A stretch of 32,000 nucleotides of DNA from Demequinaceae bacterium (GCA_965250005.1 OZ252279.1:1530001-1562000); one strand, 5' to 3'. Positions 1 through 9,603 are shown, counted from the first letter of the stretch. Notes: generated by a model not told the origin, from the letters alone. Translations and numbers: made by a program.

Positions 1-603
1 CCCTATTTGGAGCTCATCGCGGGCGCGAACGGCATTGCGGACCCACTGGACGACCGGGTGGTTGAGGCCTACTGGATCGGCAATGGGTTACTCGATCGAG
101 TGGGCGCCACGTTGATGGGTAACTCCATGGAGGATCGCTTCAAGCGGCGCGCGGGGCCAGCCTGGAAAAGGCTGATCGAGGCGGTGCCTGCGGGTGCGGT
201 GCCACATCACTCGTTTCACGTTTTTGGCGTCTATCCCTGGCTTGGATTGCTGCGCGAGGGTGGACGGGCAGAGCCCCTCAAGGTACTTGATCAATGCCGG
301 ATTCGCTGGGGACAAGTGATCGAGATCATGGGCGACCGTGCGCTGGTGCGTTCGCGTCCGCTCGCGTGGGACGGACGTCAGTTGACCGTGGGACCTGCAA
401 AGTTGGAGAAGGCAGTGCTGGGAATGGGTGGACACAGTCTGGCCGGGATGCCCGCGCCCGGCGACTGGGTGTCGCTGCATTGGGATTGGGTGTGCGAGCG
501 CATCAACGCGGTGCAACTCATCAACTTGCGCGATTACACGATGAGCCAGCTCGCCTGCATCAATTCCCTGGCCTTCTCGGCGCCCGCGACAGTGCTTTCG
601 TAA
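1..603 (+). CDS. Conserved hypothetical protein, 5'-truncated at window edge (DUF6390-like from memory; C-terminal half resembles a HypC/HupF-type fold)
   Basis: Frame is open from base 1 (ORF track 7..603), stop TAA 601-603, coding-like third-position GC. 'QCRIRWGQV...GDWVSLHWDWVCERIN' resembles the HypC pattern C-x-G-x-P-G-Q ... G-x-W-V-L-V-H-x-G-F. Family name not verified. Confidence 0.55.
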   Translation, partial: PYLELIAGANGIADPLDDRVVEAYWIGNGLLDRVGATLMGNSMEDRFKRRAGPAWKRLIEAVPAGAVPHHSFHVFGVYPWLGLLREGGRAEPLKVLDQCRIRWGQVIEIMGDRALVRSRPLAWDGRQLTVGPAKLEKAVLGMGGHSLAGMPAPGDWVSLHWDWVCERINAVQLINLRDYTMSQLACINSLAFSAPATVLS

Positions 604-628
604 ACGGATCACAACCTAAGGAGCAACC

Positions 629-919
629 ATGCATGACCCTCATGAAGCCCTCAGCACCGCGGCGGTGGTGGGCACGAGCATGCTCGCGATTGGCGGCGTC
701 GGAGCAGTCCTGCGCTACGCCACCGCCAAGGGTGTCAGGATCCCAGTCCTGCTTGCAGGATCGACCGGCGCTGGTCTTCTTGTCGCGCACGGCCTCGAAG
801 CGCCGATACTCGGAGCGGAAATTTTCTCCGTCGCGGGCCTCGCGATAGTAGCCTCATCCGCGGTCGCGCTCACTTGGTTGTCTCTCCCCTCGCGTAGATT
901 GAGCCGCGCGGGTGCGTAA
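629..919 (+). CDS. Small hydrophobic membrane protein (hypothetical)
   Basis: ATG preceded by AAGGAG with a 5-nt spacer. 96 aa with hydrophobic stretches compatible with 2-3 TM helices. Coding-like GC3. No family recognised. Confidence 0.6.
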   Translation: MHDPHEALSTAAVVGTSMLAIGGVGAVLRYATAKGVRIPVLLAGSTGAGLLVAHGLEAPILGAEIFSVAGLAIVASSAVALTWLSLPSRRLSRAGA

Positions 920-943
920 CCGCTACGTGGGCGGGTGACGAAA

Positions 944-987
944 GCGCGCCGGGCAAGCAAAAAGGCCCGGCTCCTGCGCGCCGGGCC
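944..987. terminator. Candidate bidirectional terminator region between convergent genes
   Basis: 11-nt direct repeat GCGCGCCGGGC (944-954 and 976-986) flanks GCCCGGC (965-971), which can base-pair with either copy. It lies between the stops at 919 (+) and 1006 (-). Short stems, no clear U-tract. Confidence 0.3.
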
Positions 988-1005
988 CCTCGCTAGAAAG
1001 TTGCG

Positions 1006-1551
1006 CTAGATGAACAGCGTCTGCGCGTCTACTGACAGATCCATGAAGTCGGCCGCCGTGATGATGTCTTCGACGTCATCGCGCAGGTCGTTCATGCCAA
1101 GCCCCTGCATGTCGGCACTCATCTGGCAGCCCCACAATCGTCCACCTGCGGCCGTGATCTGATCGAGGAAGTCTGGGACGGGCGGGATACCTAGGTCCGA
1201 AATAGACTTCTCCATCATCTTGGTTGCCATGGGCTGCATGCCCGGCCAACCCGCCATCCATTGAGGGAAGCGGATGTCTCCCACAGGGAGATGCATCGCG
1301 GTGTTGCCCACGGGCGTGAACTTGAGGTTGTGCTGCCTCTTCTTGTGAATGAGGTCGAAGCCCCAGAAGGTGAAGAAGATCTCGACGTCGATGCCCTCGA
1401 CCAGTGCGGCGTTACCGAGCACCAGGCCCGGGTACGCCATGTCCAAGTTGCCCTTGGAGCAGATGAGAACGAGTTTGCGGTCGCCCCCGTCGTCTCCGAA
1501 GTCAGGGACAATCGTCTTGGTCTTCGGCTTGCTTGCTGTTGCAGTTGCCAT
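1006..1551 (-). CDS. DsrE/DsrF/DsrH-like (DsrE2-type) sulfur-relay family protein
   Basis: Start moved to the internal ATG at 1551, preceded by GAGGAAACC; the ORF-track extension to 1704 overlaps the upstream gene. 'LVLICSKGNLDMAYPGLVLGNAA...EIFFTFWGFDL' and 'LWGCQMS' match the DsrE-like family pattern as I remember it. Confidence 0.8.
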   Translation of the reverse strand: MATATASKPKTKTIVPDFGDDGGDRKLVLICSKGNLDMAYPGLVLGNAALVEGIDVEIFFTFWGFDLIHKKRQHNLKFTPVGNTAMHLPVGDIRFPQWMAGWPGMQPMATKMMEKSISDLGIPPVPDFLDQITAAGGRLWGCQMSADMQGLGMNDLRDDVEDIITAADFMDLSVDAQTLFI

Positions 1552-1567
1552 GGTTTCCTCTCGTGGC

Positions 1568-1882
1568 TCAGACGCAGCCGGCTGGCTTGGGCAGTCCTGC
1601 GACGTACGCCATCTTCTTGGCGGGCTTCTTGGGGAACAGTTCAAACTGGAGCTTGACGGGGAAGCCGCCAACGGTGTTGACGCGACGTGTGGTGGCGGTC
1701 GCACCCTGGGCCTTGTAGTCGTCGCGCAGGAAGTGAATTAGGTCCCACGCCTGCTCGTTCAACTCGATGCCGATCTGTGAGGCGAGTTCAGCGCCCAGCT
1801 CGTCGTCCCATTCGTCGTACTCGGTGAGGAACCCCTCATCGTCTACGTGGACCTCGCGGCCCTTGAGTGTTGTCGTGGCCAT
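1568..1882 (-). CDS. TusE/DsrC/DsvC-family sulfur-relay protein (single-Cys, TusE-like)
   Basis: 104 aa ending 'GLPKPAGCV', the hallmark flexible C-terminal arm with a penultimate-region Cys. This is the only Cys in the protein, so the second DsrC Cys is absent. GAAAGGA RBS upstream of the ATG. Confidence 0.85.
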   Translation of the reverse strand: MATTTLKGREVHVDDEGFLTEYDEWDDELGAELASQIGIELNEQAWDLIHFLRDDYKAQGATATTRRVNTVGGFPVKLQFELFPKKPAKKMAYVAGLPKPAGCV

Positions 1883-1895
1883 GATGTGTCCTTTC

Positions 1896-3161
1896 TCAGG
1901 CCGGGGTGGATTCTTTGGACTTTGCCCGTGTGGGTTGCCGCTTGCCCTTCATGGACATGTGTGGAGACATAGGGATGTAGCGCCCTGGGAGCAACAGCGC
2001 CCAATACGCGAACCGGAAGGCGAGCTTGCCCACGTGGTTTAACCACGTCTCCTTGAGCAACTTCATGGGGCCGATGCCAGCAATGGGAAAGCTCCCAGGA
2101 AGGGGCTCGGTCTCGTAGTTGAAGTCGATGAGCATTCCCTTGCGGTCACCAGACTCGATGAAGCAGGTTGCGTGGCCGTCGAAACCTTCGGTCATAGCGC
2201 GCCCGTTGACGTGATCCACAAAGTTGTCGGGGAAAAGGTCAAGCTGGAAGTGCGCGACGGCCCCCGCCTTCGAGGTGGGGATGTTGTTGGCGTCGCCGAT
2301 CGCGAAGATGTTGTCGTGCTTGGTGGAGAGCAGAGTGTGCTTGTCGACTGGCACGTAGTTGAGGTCGTCGCCTAGTCCCGACTTGGCCAGAAAGTCCGCT
2401 CCCATGTTGAGCGGGATGGTGACAAGCAGGTCGAACGGAACCTCGCGTTCGTCGTACGAGACGAGCGATTTCCTGCCCTCGTCTATGCCCTCGATCATGT
2501 AGTCAGACTCGAGGGCGATTTTGCGATCGCCGAGCATGTCGCCGAGAGCGGCCGCGGCCACAGGCTTGGTAAATGCGCCGGGCAGCGGAGTCACATATGT
2601 GAGCTCGACCTGGCCGCGCATACCTCTCTTGGTGAAGTAGTCGTCCGCGAGGAACACAAACTCGAGCGGTGCGACAGGGCACTTGATCGGCATCTCGGTT
2701 ACGTGCACCACGACCCGGCCGCCCTTGAACCCGGCAAGCTTGTCGCGAAGGGCAACGGCGTCGTCGTACGTGTAGAAAGACTGGATGCTTTCGTGCCAGA
2801 GTTTCCCGTCCATGCCGGGAGTCTGGTCGGGGCGAGGACTCGTTCCAGTGGCAATCACTAGGTAGTCGTAGGCGAGAACATCGCCGTTGTCGAGCACCAC
2901 CTGGTTGCTTTCGGCCTGCACTAGGTCGACCGCGGCGTGGACCAGTTCGACACCTTTGGGGATGAAGCGCTTGGTTGCCTTCTTGAGCTGCTTCTCTTCA
3001 TATGTTCCGAATGGAAGGAAGAGGTACCCGGGCTGGTAATAGTGGGTGGCGCTGGGGTCAACAACTGTGATTGACCACTCGCTACGGGGCAGCTTCTTGC
3101 GCAACTTGTTGACGGCGATGGTGCCCGCTGTTCCTGCGCCGAGGACCACTAGATTCCTCAT
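1896..3161 (-). CDS. sqr: Sulfide:quinone oxidoreductase-like NAD(P)/FAD-dependent oxidoreductase
   Basis: Start set at ATG 3161 with an AAGGAG RBS. Rossmann motif 'NLVVLGAGTAGT' at the N-terminus, 'PIKCPVAPLEF' Cys motif and 'FAIGDA' second dinucleotide motif. First gene of an operon with the TusE-like and DsrE-like genes. The SQR subtype cannot be assigned by eye. Confidence 0.8.
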   Translation of the reverse strand: MRNLVVLGAGTAGTIAVNKLRKKLPRSEWSITVVDPSATHYYQPGYLFLPFGTYEEKQLKKATKRFIPKGVELVHAAVDLVQAESNQVVLDNGDVLAYDYLVIATGTSPRPDQTPGMDGKLWHESIQSFYTYDDAVALRDKLAGFKGGRVVVHVTEMPIKCPVAPLEFVFLADDYFTKRGMRGQVELTYVTPLPGAFTKPVAAAALGDMLGDRKIALESDYMIEGIDEGRKSLVSYDEREVPFDLLVTIPLNMGADFLAKSGLGDDLNYVPVDKHTLLSTKHDNIFAIGDANNIPTSKAGAVAHFQLDLFPDNFVDHVNGRAMTEGFDGHATCFIESGDRKGMLIDFNYETEPLPGSFPIAGIGPMKLLKETWLNHVGKLAFRFAYWALLLPGRYIPMSPHMSMKGKRQPTRAKSKESTPA

Positions 3162-3189
3162 GATGAACTCCTTTGCCAGTGTCACCCTG

Positions 3190-3205
3190 ATACCCTCCAG
3201 GGTAT
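3190..3205. promoter_or_regulatory. Palindrome ATACC-CTCCAG-GGTAT, candidate CsoR/CstR-type operator over the sqr promoter
   Basis: Perfect 5-bp arms with a 6-bp spacer, 29 bp upstream of the sqr ATG. On the minus strand it directly follows an A/T-rich -10-like 'CAATATACA'. The TACC...GGTA core resembles operators of the CsoR/CstR (DUF156) repressor family. Confidence 0.45.
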
Positions 3206-3474
3206 GTATATTGAGCATGCCCGCTGAGGGACTTTCGTCCCGTGGGTCTGGATCCCGGCGTTGGGATTCGCCTTGCCGGACGGCGTGGGTCGGAGAAGGA
3301 ACTACAACCCACGCCGTGGGACCAGCGCGGTACCGGTCATCGGTACTGGCAAGACCGGCAACGCCGAAGCGATTCAACTGCTTCGACCCGAACAAGAGTG
3401 ACGGCGGCACCTGGCGCCGGCCCTTAGTGCGAATCTATGGCCGTCGCCGGGACCTGAGAGGGGACTTACGGCCT

Positions 3475-3490
3475 ATACCGGTAGGGGTAT
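3475..3490. promoter_or_regulatory. Second palindrome ATACC-GGTAGG-GGTAT (same arms and spacing)
   Basis: Same ATACC-N6-GGTAT architecture, centre 285 bp from the first copy, inside an otherwise unassigned gap. It overlaps the ATG of the weak ORF 3489..3737. Confidence 0.4.
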
Positions 3491-3697
3491 GAATGCAGTT
3501 GCGCGAGAACTCTTCTACCGTAGGACACGTGGCGGCCGAGGTCCAAAGCTTGGGTCGGCGGGTGACGACGCGGATTTCACGCTCGGAACGGAAGAACGTC
3601 TCACTGGCGCCGAACTCGCCGCGGCACTGCGGGCAATCGCCATGGCGCGTGTCCCGCACTATTTGTCGTGGATCGCGGTCCCCGAGCCCGGAAACAC

Positions 3698-3730
3698 GAG
3701 AGGGGCGTCCGGTTGGCGGACGCCCCTCTC
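3698..3730 (-). terminator. Stem-loop terminator downstream of the LppM-like gene
   Basis: Perfect 14-bp GC-rich stem GAGAGGGGCGTCCG / CGGACGCCCCTCTC with a 5-nt loop. It lies 16 nt after the minus-strand stop at 3746 and is followed on the minus strand by GTGTTTCC. Confidence 0.7.
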
Positions 3731-3745
3731 GCTGTGAACCAACTG

Positions 3746-4663
3746 CTATTCGTCGGCGTCCTCCGTCGGCTCGTCAGCGTCGGCTGCCTTCGCCTTCGCC
3801 TTGGCCTTCGGCTTGGCCTTCGGCTTGGCTGGCGCTTCGGGTGCTGGCGCCGGAGTGTTCTTGCCTCGGTTTGCGACCAAGAAGCCGATTAGGCCCGCGA
3901 GAGCGACTCCGAGGACTCCAAGAACCACCCAGATCCACGCGGGAATTGAGCCGGAGTCAGCGCCGTCAGCCGCGGGCTCAGTGTCTTCAACGGGTGTTGC
4001 TGACGGTTCGGGGGATGGAGTGACTGACGCGACGGGCTCGGGTTCCGGCTCGGGCTCCGGCTCCGGCTCCGGCTCCGGCTCGGGCTCCGGCTCCGGCTCG
4101 GGGGCCGGTGGAACAGCCATACCTCGCGCGTATGGAGCGTCGGTTTCGGTGAGCATGTTCCACGTGACGGTGTTGCCGCTCACGGAACCGTTCGATTCAA
4201 GCACGGGACCAGGGAACGTGACCTTGAGAATCGCCTGTCCGCCCTCGTCGCGAGCGAGATTCATTGTGGTCTCGTCAAGGTCATCAGGGTCGACGCCGTT
4301 AACTATGAACTGGTCGCCGCCGACACGCTCAATCTGCAACTCCCACGCCTCATCTGCCACGCCAGCGAAACTCGCGAGAGGCTCGTTCGCCAGCGTGAGC
4401 CTGCCGCCGTCCCAGCCCGCCTCGCCAAGGTCAGAGGTTGTGCCACCGCTGAACTGGGCTGCGATGTTCGCGATATCGAGCCCTAACTCGGTGTAGTCCG
4501 CCACTCCAGTTTCGTCGATCTTCACTTGCGTGGACGCCAGAATAATAGTTCCGTCGACCGTGTTGTCCTCTTGAAGGACGTAGGTGGCGTCCTGGCGAAG
4601 GCATCCTGTAAGGGCCAGAGCTGCGACGGCCGCAACAGCCACGAGCCTGAGAGTTCGAGACAT
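3746..4663 (-). CDS. LppM-family (DUF3153) lipoprotein with (EP)n spacer, C-terminal TM helix and Lys/Ala/Pro tail
   Basis: Start set at ATG 4663 (AAAGGAG RBS). Signal peptide plus lipobox 'ALALTGC', 'GNTVTWN' motif, a run of about 12 EP dipeptides, TM helix '[24 protein letters not shown]', then a [14 protein letters not shown] tail. Confidence 0.8.
   Translation of the reverse strand: MSRTLRLVAVAAVAALALTGCLRQDATYVLQEDNTVDGTIILASTQVKIDETGVADYTELGLDIANIAAQFSGGTTSDLGEAGWDGGRLTLANEPLASFAGVADEAWELQIERVGGDQFIVNGVDPDDLDETTMNLARDEGGQAILKVTFPGPVLESNGSVSGNTVTWNMLTETDAPYARGMAVPPAPEPEPEPEPEPEPEPEPEPEPEPVASVTPSPEPSATPVEDTEPAADGADSGSIPAWIWVVLGVLGVALAGLIGFLVANRGKNTPAPAPEAPAKPKAKPKAKAKAKAADADEPTEDADE
3786..3827. 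repeat. Imperfect hexanucleotide tandem repeat (GCCTTS/GGCTTG x7) encoding the KA/KP tail
   Basis: Seven consecutive 6-nt units read directly from the sequence, inside the LppM-like CDS. Confidence 0.8.
4035..4100. repeat. Hexanucleotide tandem repeat (GGCTCS x11) encoding the (EP)n spacer
   Basis: Eleven consecutive 6-nt units (GGCTCG/GGCTCC, one GGTTCC) read directly. The reverse complement GAGCCN gives Glu-Pro. Confidence 0.9.
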
Positions 4664-4727
4664 CGTTATCTCCTTTGTGGTGGTATTACCCCAAAGTACT
4701 CCGGGCGGCGCTCGAGCGCGAGGACAA

Positions 4728-5945
4728 CTAATTGGGCGCGTCGGCCCCTTCGTGGACATCGTCGCGTATTCCGGTCCGGAGAATGGGAAATATCGCGAAG
4801 GCGACGACGGCCACGAGAATGGCAGCGCCCCCGGCGAGCGTCAGTCCTGCACGGGCGTTCGTGGATTCAATTAGGTACCCTGCGGCCCAGGCTCCGGCCG
4901 CGACGCCTGTCCCGATGCCGATTCGCAACCACGCCATACCCTCAGTCAACTGGTCGGACTTCACCGCGCGCTGGATGATGTTGTCCGTTGACGTGATGGT
5001 CGGGGCGATCACAGCTCCGGCGAAGAATCCGACCACCGAGAACAACACCAGGTTGGGCATGCTCGTCATGGTCGAGAAGCCAACGGCGACAAGGGTCGAG
5101 CCAATGACGAGCCTCAAACGCAGCGGCGTTTTCCATTCACGGGATCCGTAGACGAGCCCGCCAAAAAACGAGCCGAGTGCGAGTACGCCCAAGACCAGTC
5201 CGGCCTTGTCCTTGGCGCCAAGCTCCTCGGCAAACGCGATGGTCGATATGTCGATTGCGCCGAACATGAGACCCAGCGCGGCGGCGACGAGGGCAACGGC
5301 CCACACCACGGGCGGAATCCTCCACCCAAGTCCCGTGCCACCGGTATCGCGGCGCGCAGGTGGCTCCGTACTGCGCTGGGGGAGCAGGATCGTCATCCCG
5401 ATAAGCATTCCGGCGGACGAGACCACTAAACCGAGTGGGGCGTAGACCACGGTGGCGAGGATGGTCGCAAGCGCGGGCCCGGCGATGAACAGCACTTCGT
5501 CCAGTGCCCCCTCGAGCGAGAAGGCCGTGTGAATGTCCTTGTCGGACTTGAGAATGTACGACCATCGAGCGCGCGTGAGCGAACCTAGCGGCCCGGAAAA
5601 CGCCGCCAGAACAGCGCCGAGAACCAACCACGCCTCGGACCCATGATTCATCGCCGTGGTGATGGCGAGGCTGACTCCGAGCAGATGAACGATGGTCAAC
5701 GGCCACATCGCTGCGCGCTGGCCCACTCGGTCGGACCATCGGGCGGTGGGGACCGTTTGAAGAGCCCAGGCCACGGTGCTGATGGCCGCGACGCGCCCGG
5801 CCATTTCGTAAGAGTTGTACTGGATCTGAACCATCAAGATCAAGCTGATGTTGAACATCGAAATAGGCAGCCGCGACAGAAGCCCGGCGGAGGCAAATGC
5901 TTTGGCGCCGGGCTTTCTTAAGAGTTTGAAATAGATATCCAACAC
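4728..5945 (-). CDS. MFS transporter
   Basis: 405 aa with about 12 hydrophobic segments. The MFS-like loop 'RWSDRVGQR' follows TM2. GTG start at 5945 (TTG at 5942 is also possible). Confidence 0.8.
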   Translation of the reverse strand: MLDIYFKLLRKPGAKAFASAGLLSRLPISMFNISLILMVQIQYNSYEMAGRVAAISTVAWALQTVPTARWSDRVGQRAAMWPLTIVHLLGVSLAITTAMNHGSEAWLVLGAVLAAFSGPLGSLTRARWSYILKSDKDIHTAFSLEGALDEVLFIAGPALATILATVVYAPLGLVVSSAGMLIGMTILLPQRSTEPPARRDTGGTGLGWRIPPVVWAVALVAAALGLMFGAIDISTIAFAEELGAKDKAGLVLGVLALGSFFGGLVYGSREWKTPLRLRLVIGSTLVAVGFSTMTSMPNLVLFSVVGFFAGAVIAPTITSTDNIIQRAVKSDQLTEGMAWLRIGIGTGVAAGAWAAGYLIESTNARAGLTLAGGAAILVAVVAFAIFPILRTGIRDDVHEGADAPN

Positions 5946-6023
5946 CAGCTCATGATCTCACCCTGCGCCCACAGGCGTGAACGTACTGGACACCGCTACC
6001 AAATGTGCCGCGCTTCTAGCGCG

Positions 6024-6071
6024 GACGACAGCGGGGCTGGGCCGCTTGTGCGGCCCAGCCCCGCTGTCGTC
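6024..6071 (-). terminator. Long GC-rich stem-loop downstream of the second LppM-like gene
   Basis: GACGACAGCGGGGCTGGGCCGC / GCGGCCCAGCCCCGCTGTCGTC, a 22-bp perfect stem with a 4-nt loop, 9 nt after the minus-strand stop at 6080. No U-tract. Confidence 0.6.
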
Positions 6072-6079
6072 CGGTGCGC

Positions 6080-6718
6080 TTACTCTTCTGCTGCGCTCTT
6101 CGACTTGCGGTCCTGGAGCACGAGGAACGCGCCACCGCCACCAAGCACAATCAGGGCGAGGGCGATCCAGACCCAGCTAGGAATGCCTCCGCCTGCAGCG
6201 CCGCCGCCGATGGCGGAACCAGTGGCGGACATGTCGTACTGGCCGTCGGCGATGTTCCACGTCACGGTGTTTCCGCTCAGCGTGCCGTTGTGATCGGAAA
6301 CCGTTCCTGGGAACGTGATACTAATCCACGCTTCGACGCCGTCGAATGCGAACTCGTCCTCGCTACCGAGCGAGCCGGTCACCACATAATCGTCGCCGTC
6401 GCGAACGACGGAAAACTGCTCTTCGTCCGGCAGACTGCTCAGTGGCTCGTCCTTGAACGTAATTCGGGTGCCGACATAGCCGTCCTGCTTGTAGTCGGTG
6501 ACGACGGCGCTACCGAACTCCTCTCCAGGGTTTCCTCCACCTGTGAGGTCGTCAAGATTGCCATCCTCAGCGAATTCCTCGAGGAACGCGTAGACGATCT
6601 CACCGTTTACAGTTCCGTCCTCGTTCAGCGTGTACGCCTGCGTTACGCGGAAGCAGCCGCTGAGTGTCAAGGCGAGCACGATGGCCCCCGTGATGTAGCC
6701 CAGTGTCTTTTTCGTCAT
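6080..6718 (-). CDS. LppM-family (DUF3153) lipoprotein, paralog
   Basis: GAAAGG RBS, lipobox 'LTLSGC', 'GNTVTWN' motif, Gly-rich linker, C-terminal TM 'IPSWVWIALALIVLGGGGAFLV' and a charged tail. Same architecture as 3746..4663. Confidence 0.8.
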   Translation of the reverse strand: MTKKTLGYITGAIVLALTLSGCFRVTQAYTLNEDGTVNGEIVYAFLEEFAEDGNLDDLTGGGNPGEEFGSAVVTDYKQDGYVGTRITFKDEPLSSLPDEEQFSVVRDGDDYVVTGSLGSEDEFAFDGVEAWISITFPGTVSDHNGTLSGNTVTWNIADGQYDMSATGSAIGGGAAGGGIPSWVWIALALIVLGGGGAFLVLQDRKSKSAAEE

Positions 6719-6752
6719 GCTCTACCTTTCGTCGAGCGCGCGATGCGCTGCC

Positions 6753-6758
6753 AGTATA
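6753..6758 (-). promoter_or_regulatory. -10-like hexamer TATACT upstream of the second LppM-like gene
   Basis: The minus strand reads GGGTATACTGGCAGC... about 35 nt upstream of the ATG at 6718. Sequence pattern only. Confidence 0.3.
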
Positions 6759-6856
6759 CCCATCGTGGCACGGCATCGTTCCTGCGCAAGTGGTCGCGGC
6801 CAACACTCAGAAGATTCCCAGGAGAACTCGCACGCCCTCACGCGGACCGCCGCAAA

Positions 6857-7792
6857 CTAGAAGTGCAACCGAAACTCAGCCCAGTATTGGCGCTTGCGAG
6901 GATCTCTCTCGTAGCCCTTGACCTTGCGCTCGTTGTCGCAGAGATAGAGAAAGAAGCCGCCGAGCGTTCCGCCACCTGCGATCCACCAGCACAAACCTTC
7001 GCTGAACCAACCATCGTCGCCGGACGACGGCGAGCCGCCGGATCCGGAGTCAAGCGACGAACCGGAATCTGAGATGGAACCCGGCTCAGTTGTGGTGCTC
7101 GCCGCCAGGTCGCTGTAGGCGAACATCGTCGAGAACTCGCTGTCGAGATCCCAACTGACCGTGAACGGATTGACCTCGGTTCCGCTTGTACTCGTGATCT
7201 TGCTGGGCATATTCACGTGGAATTCGCGTAGCTGGTCGGGATAGCCCATCCCGAACTTGTTGAGGTCGAACGACAGTCCGGAAGTGGTTTGGCCCCACTC
7301 CAGGCCGCCTTCCTCGGCCAGCCCCAGGCCCGCGAGAATCGCCTCCAACTCTGGTGGGTTGGCGAAGTGCACCGTGGAGGTCACGCCGGCGAAATTCCCA
7401 TCGACGAAGACTTCGGACGATTCGAAGCCGAGGCCAAGGTAGTACTGAATGCAGCGCCCCCAATAGCCCTCTGCATCGCCAAAGGACGAGAGGCTGGAAT
7501 CTCCAGAAACGACGGTGTCCCACAGGTCCTTCTGTCCACCTTCGATGCGCGTGAGAGAGCCTGACCCGTCCTCCTCGAAGCGGACGTAGTCCAGGATCTT
7601 CACGCACTTCGCCATGTCTGTGAAGACGTACTCGGGTGCGCACCCCTCGAGGCCGAGGGTGAAGTCCATTCCGGCGAGGTAGTCGTCGTCGTTCGGGACT
7701 GCCATGCCGGAGAGCGTGAGGGCAGCGCCGCCCGCGAGGAACAGCGAGGAAAGTGCCTTTTTCAACACGCGGTCAACTGTGACATAGATCAC
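6857..7792 (-). CDS. Secreted, C-terminally anchored hypothetical protein (possible distant LppM-like paralog)
   Basis: N-terminal signal-like 'KKALSSLFLAGGAALTLSGMA' with no lipobox Cys. 'NPFTVSWDLD' echoes the 'GNTVTWN' motif. Ser/Gly-rich linker, TM 'LCWWIAGGGTLGGFFLYL' and a basic tail. Start uncertain (GTG 7792 or GTG 7768). Confidence 0.6.
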   Translation of the reverse strand: MIYVTVDRVLKKALSSLFLAGGAALTLSGMAVPNDDDYLAGMDFTLGLEGCAPEYVFTDMAKCVKILDYVRFEEDGSGSLTRIEGGQKDLWDTVVSGDSSLSSFGDAEGYWGRCIQYYLGLGFESSEVFVDGNFAGVTSTVHFANPPELEAILAGLGLAEEGGLEWGQTTSGLSFDLNKFGMGYPDQLREFHVNMPSKITSTSGTEVNPFTVSWDLDSEFSTMFAYSDLAASTTTEPGSISDSGSSLDSGSGGSPSSGDDGWFSEGLCWWIAGGGTLGGFFLYLCDNERKVKGYERDPRKRQYWAEFRLHF

Positions 7793-7808
7793 TATTGCGC
7801 GCCAGAGC

Positions 7809-9479
<1,671 letters not shown>

Positions 9480-9603
9480 GCGACCACTCTGGCACCCTGG
9501 GCTTGAGCAGCCAAGTCGTGCCGCTGTCACACGCCCCGAGCACCGCAGACCTGGCCCGGCAATTCTGCGTCTAGCACGCAGTCAGCGTGGCTAGTCTTGG
9601 AGG

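Noticed and set aside
3162-3410. 5' extension of the sqr ORF to 3410 (504 aa in the ORF track)
   Set aside because: The Rossmann fold begins right after the ATG at 3161, which has an AAGGAG RBS. The extension would read through the palindrome and promoter-like A/T-rich patch, and its translation is not protein-like.
3435-3737. Two overlapping small ORFs, 3435..3659 (-, contains 'CPQC') and 3489..3737 (+)
   Set aside because: Not called as features. The minus ORF has the better GC3 but starts at GTG with no RBS and only ~40 nt after a terminator. The plus ORF has no RBS and runs through the 3698-3730 hairpin. Neither resembles a CsoR/CstR, TusA or rhodanese protein. They are kept only as possibilities in the finding on the 584-bp gap.
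4035-4100. A regular short repeat array that could superficially suggest a CRISPR or microsatellite locus
   Set aside because: The unit is 6 nt with no spacers. The array is in frame inside a well-supported lipoprotein CDS and encodes (Glu-Pro)n. It is a coding tandem repeat, not a CRISPR.
6074-7072. 332-aa plus-strand ORF
   Set aside because: It is antisense to the second LppM-like gene and to the 3' end of the 6857..7792 gene. It spans their intergenic region, has no RBS and shows no family motif. It is a shadow ORF.
9565-9581. Small palindrome CTGCGT-N5-ACGCAG in the pgm / GT2 divergent region
   Set aside because: It has only 6-bp arms, is a single copy, and has no associated regulator. 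At this GC content it is not distinguishable from chance.
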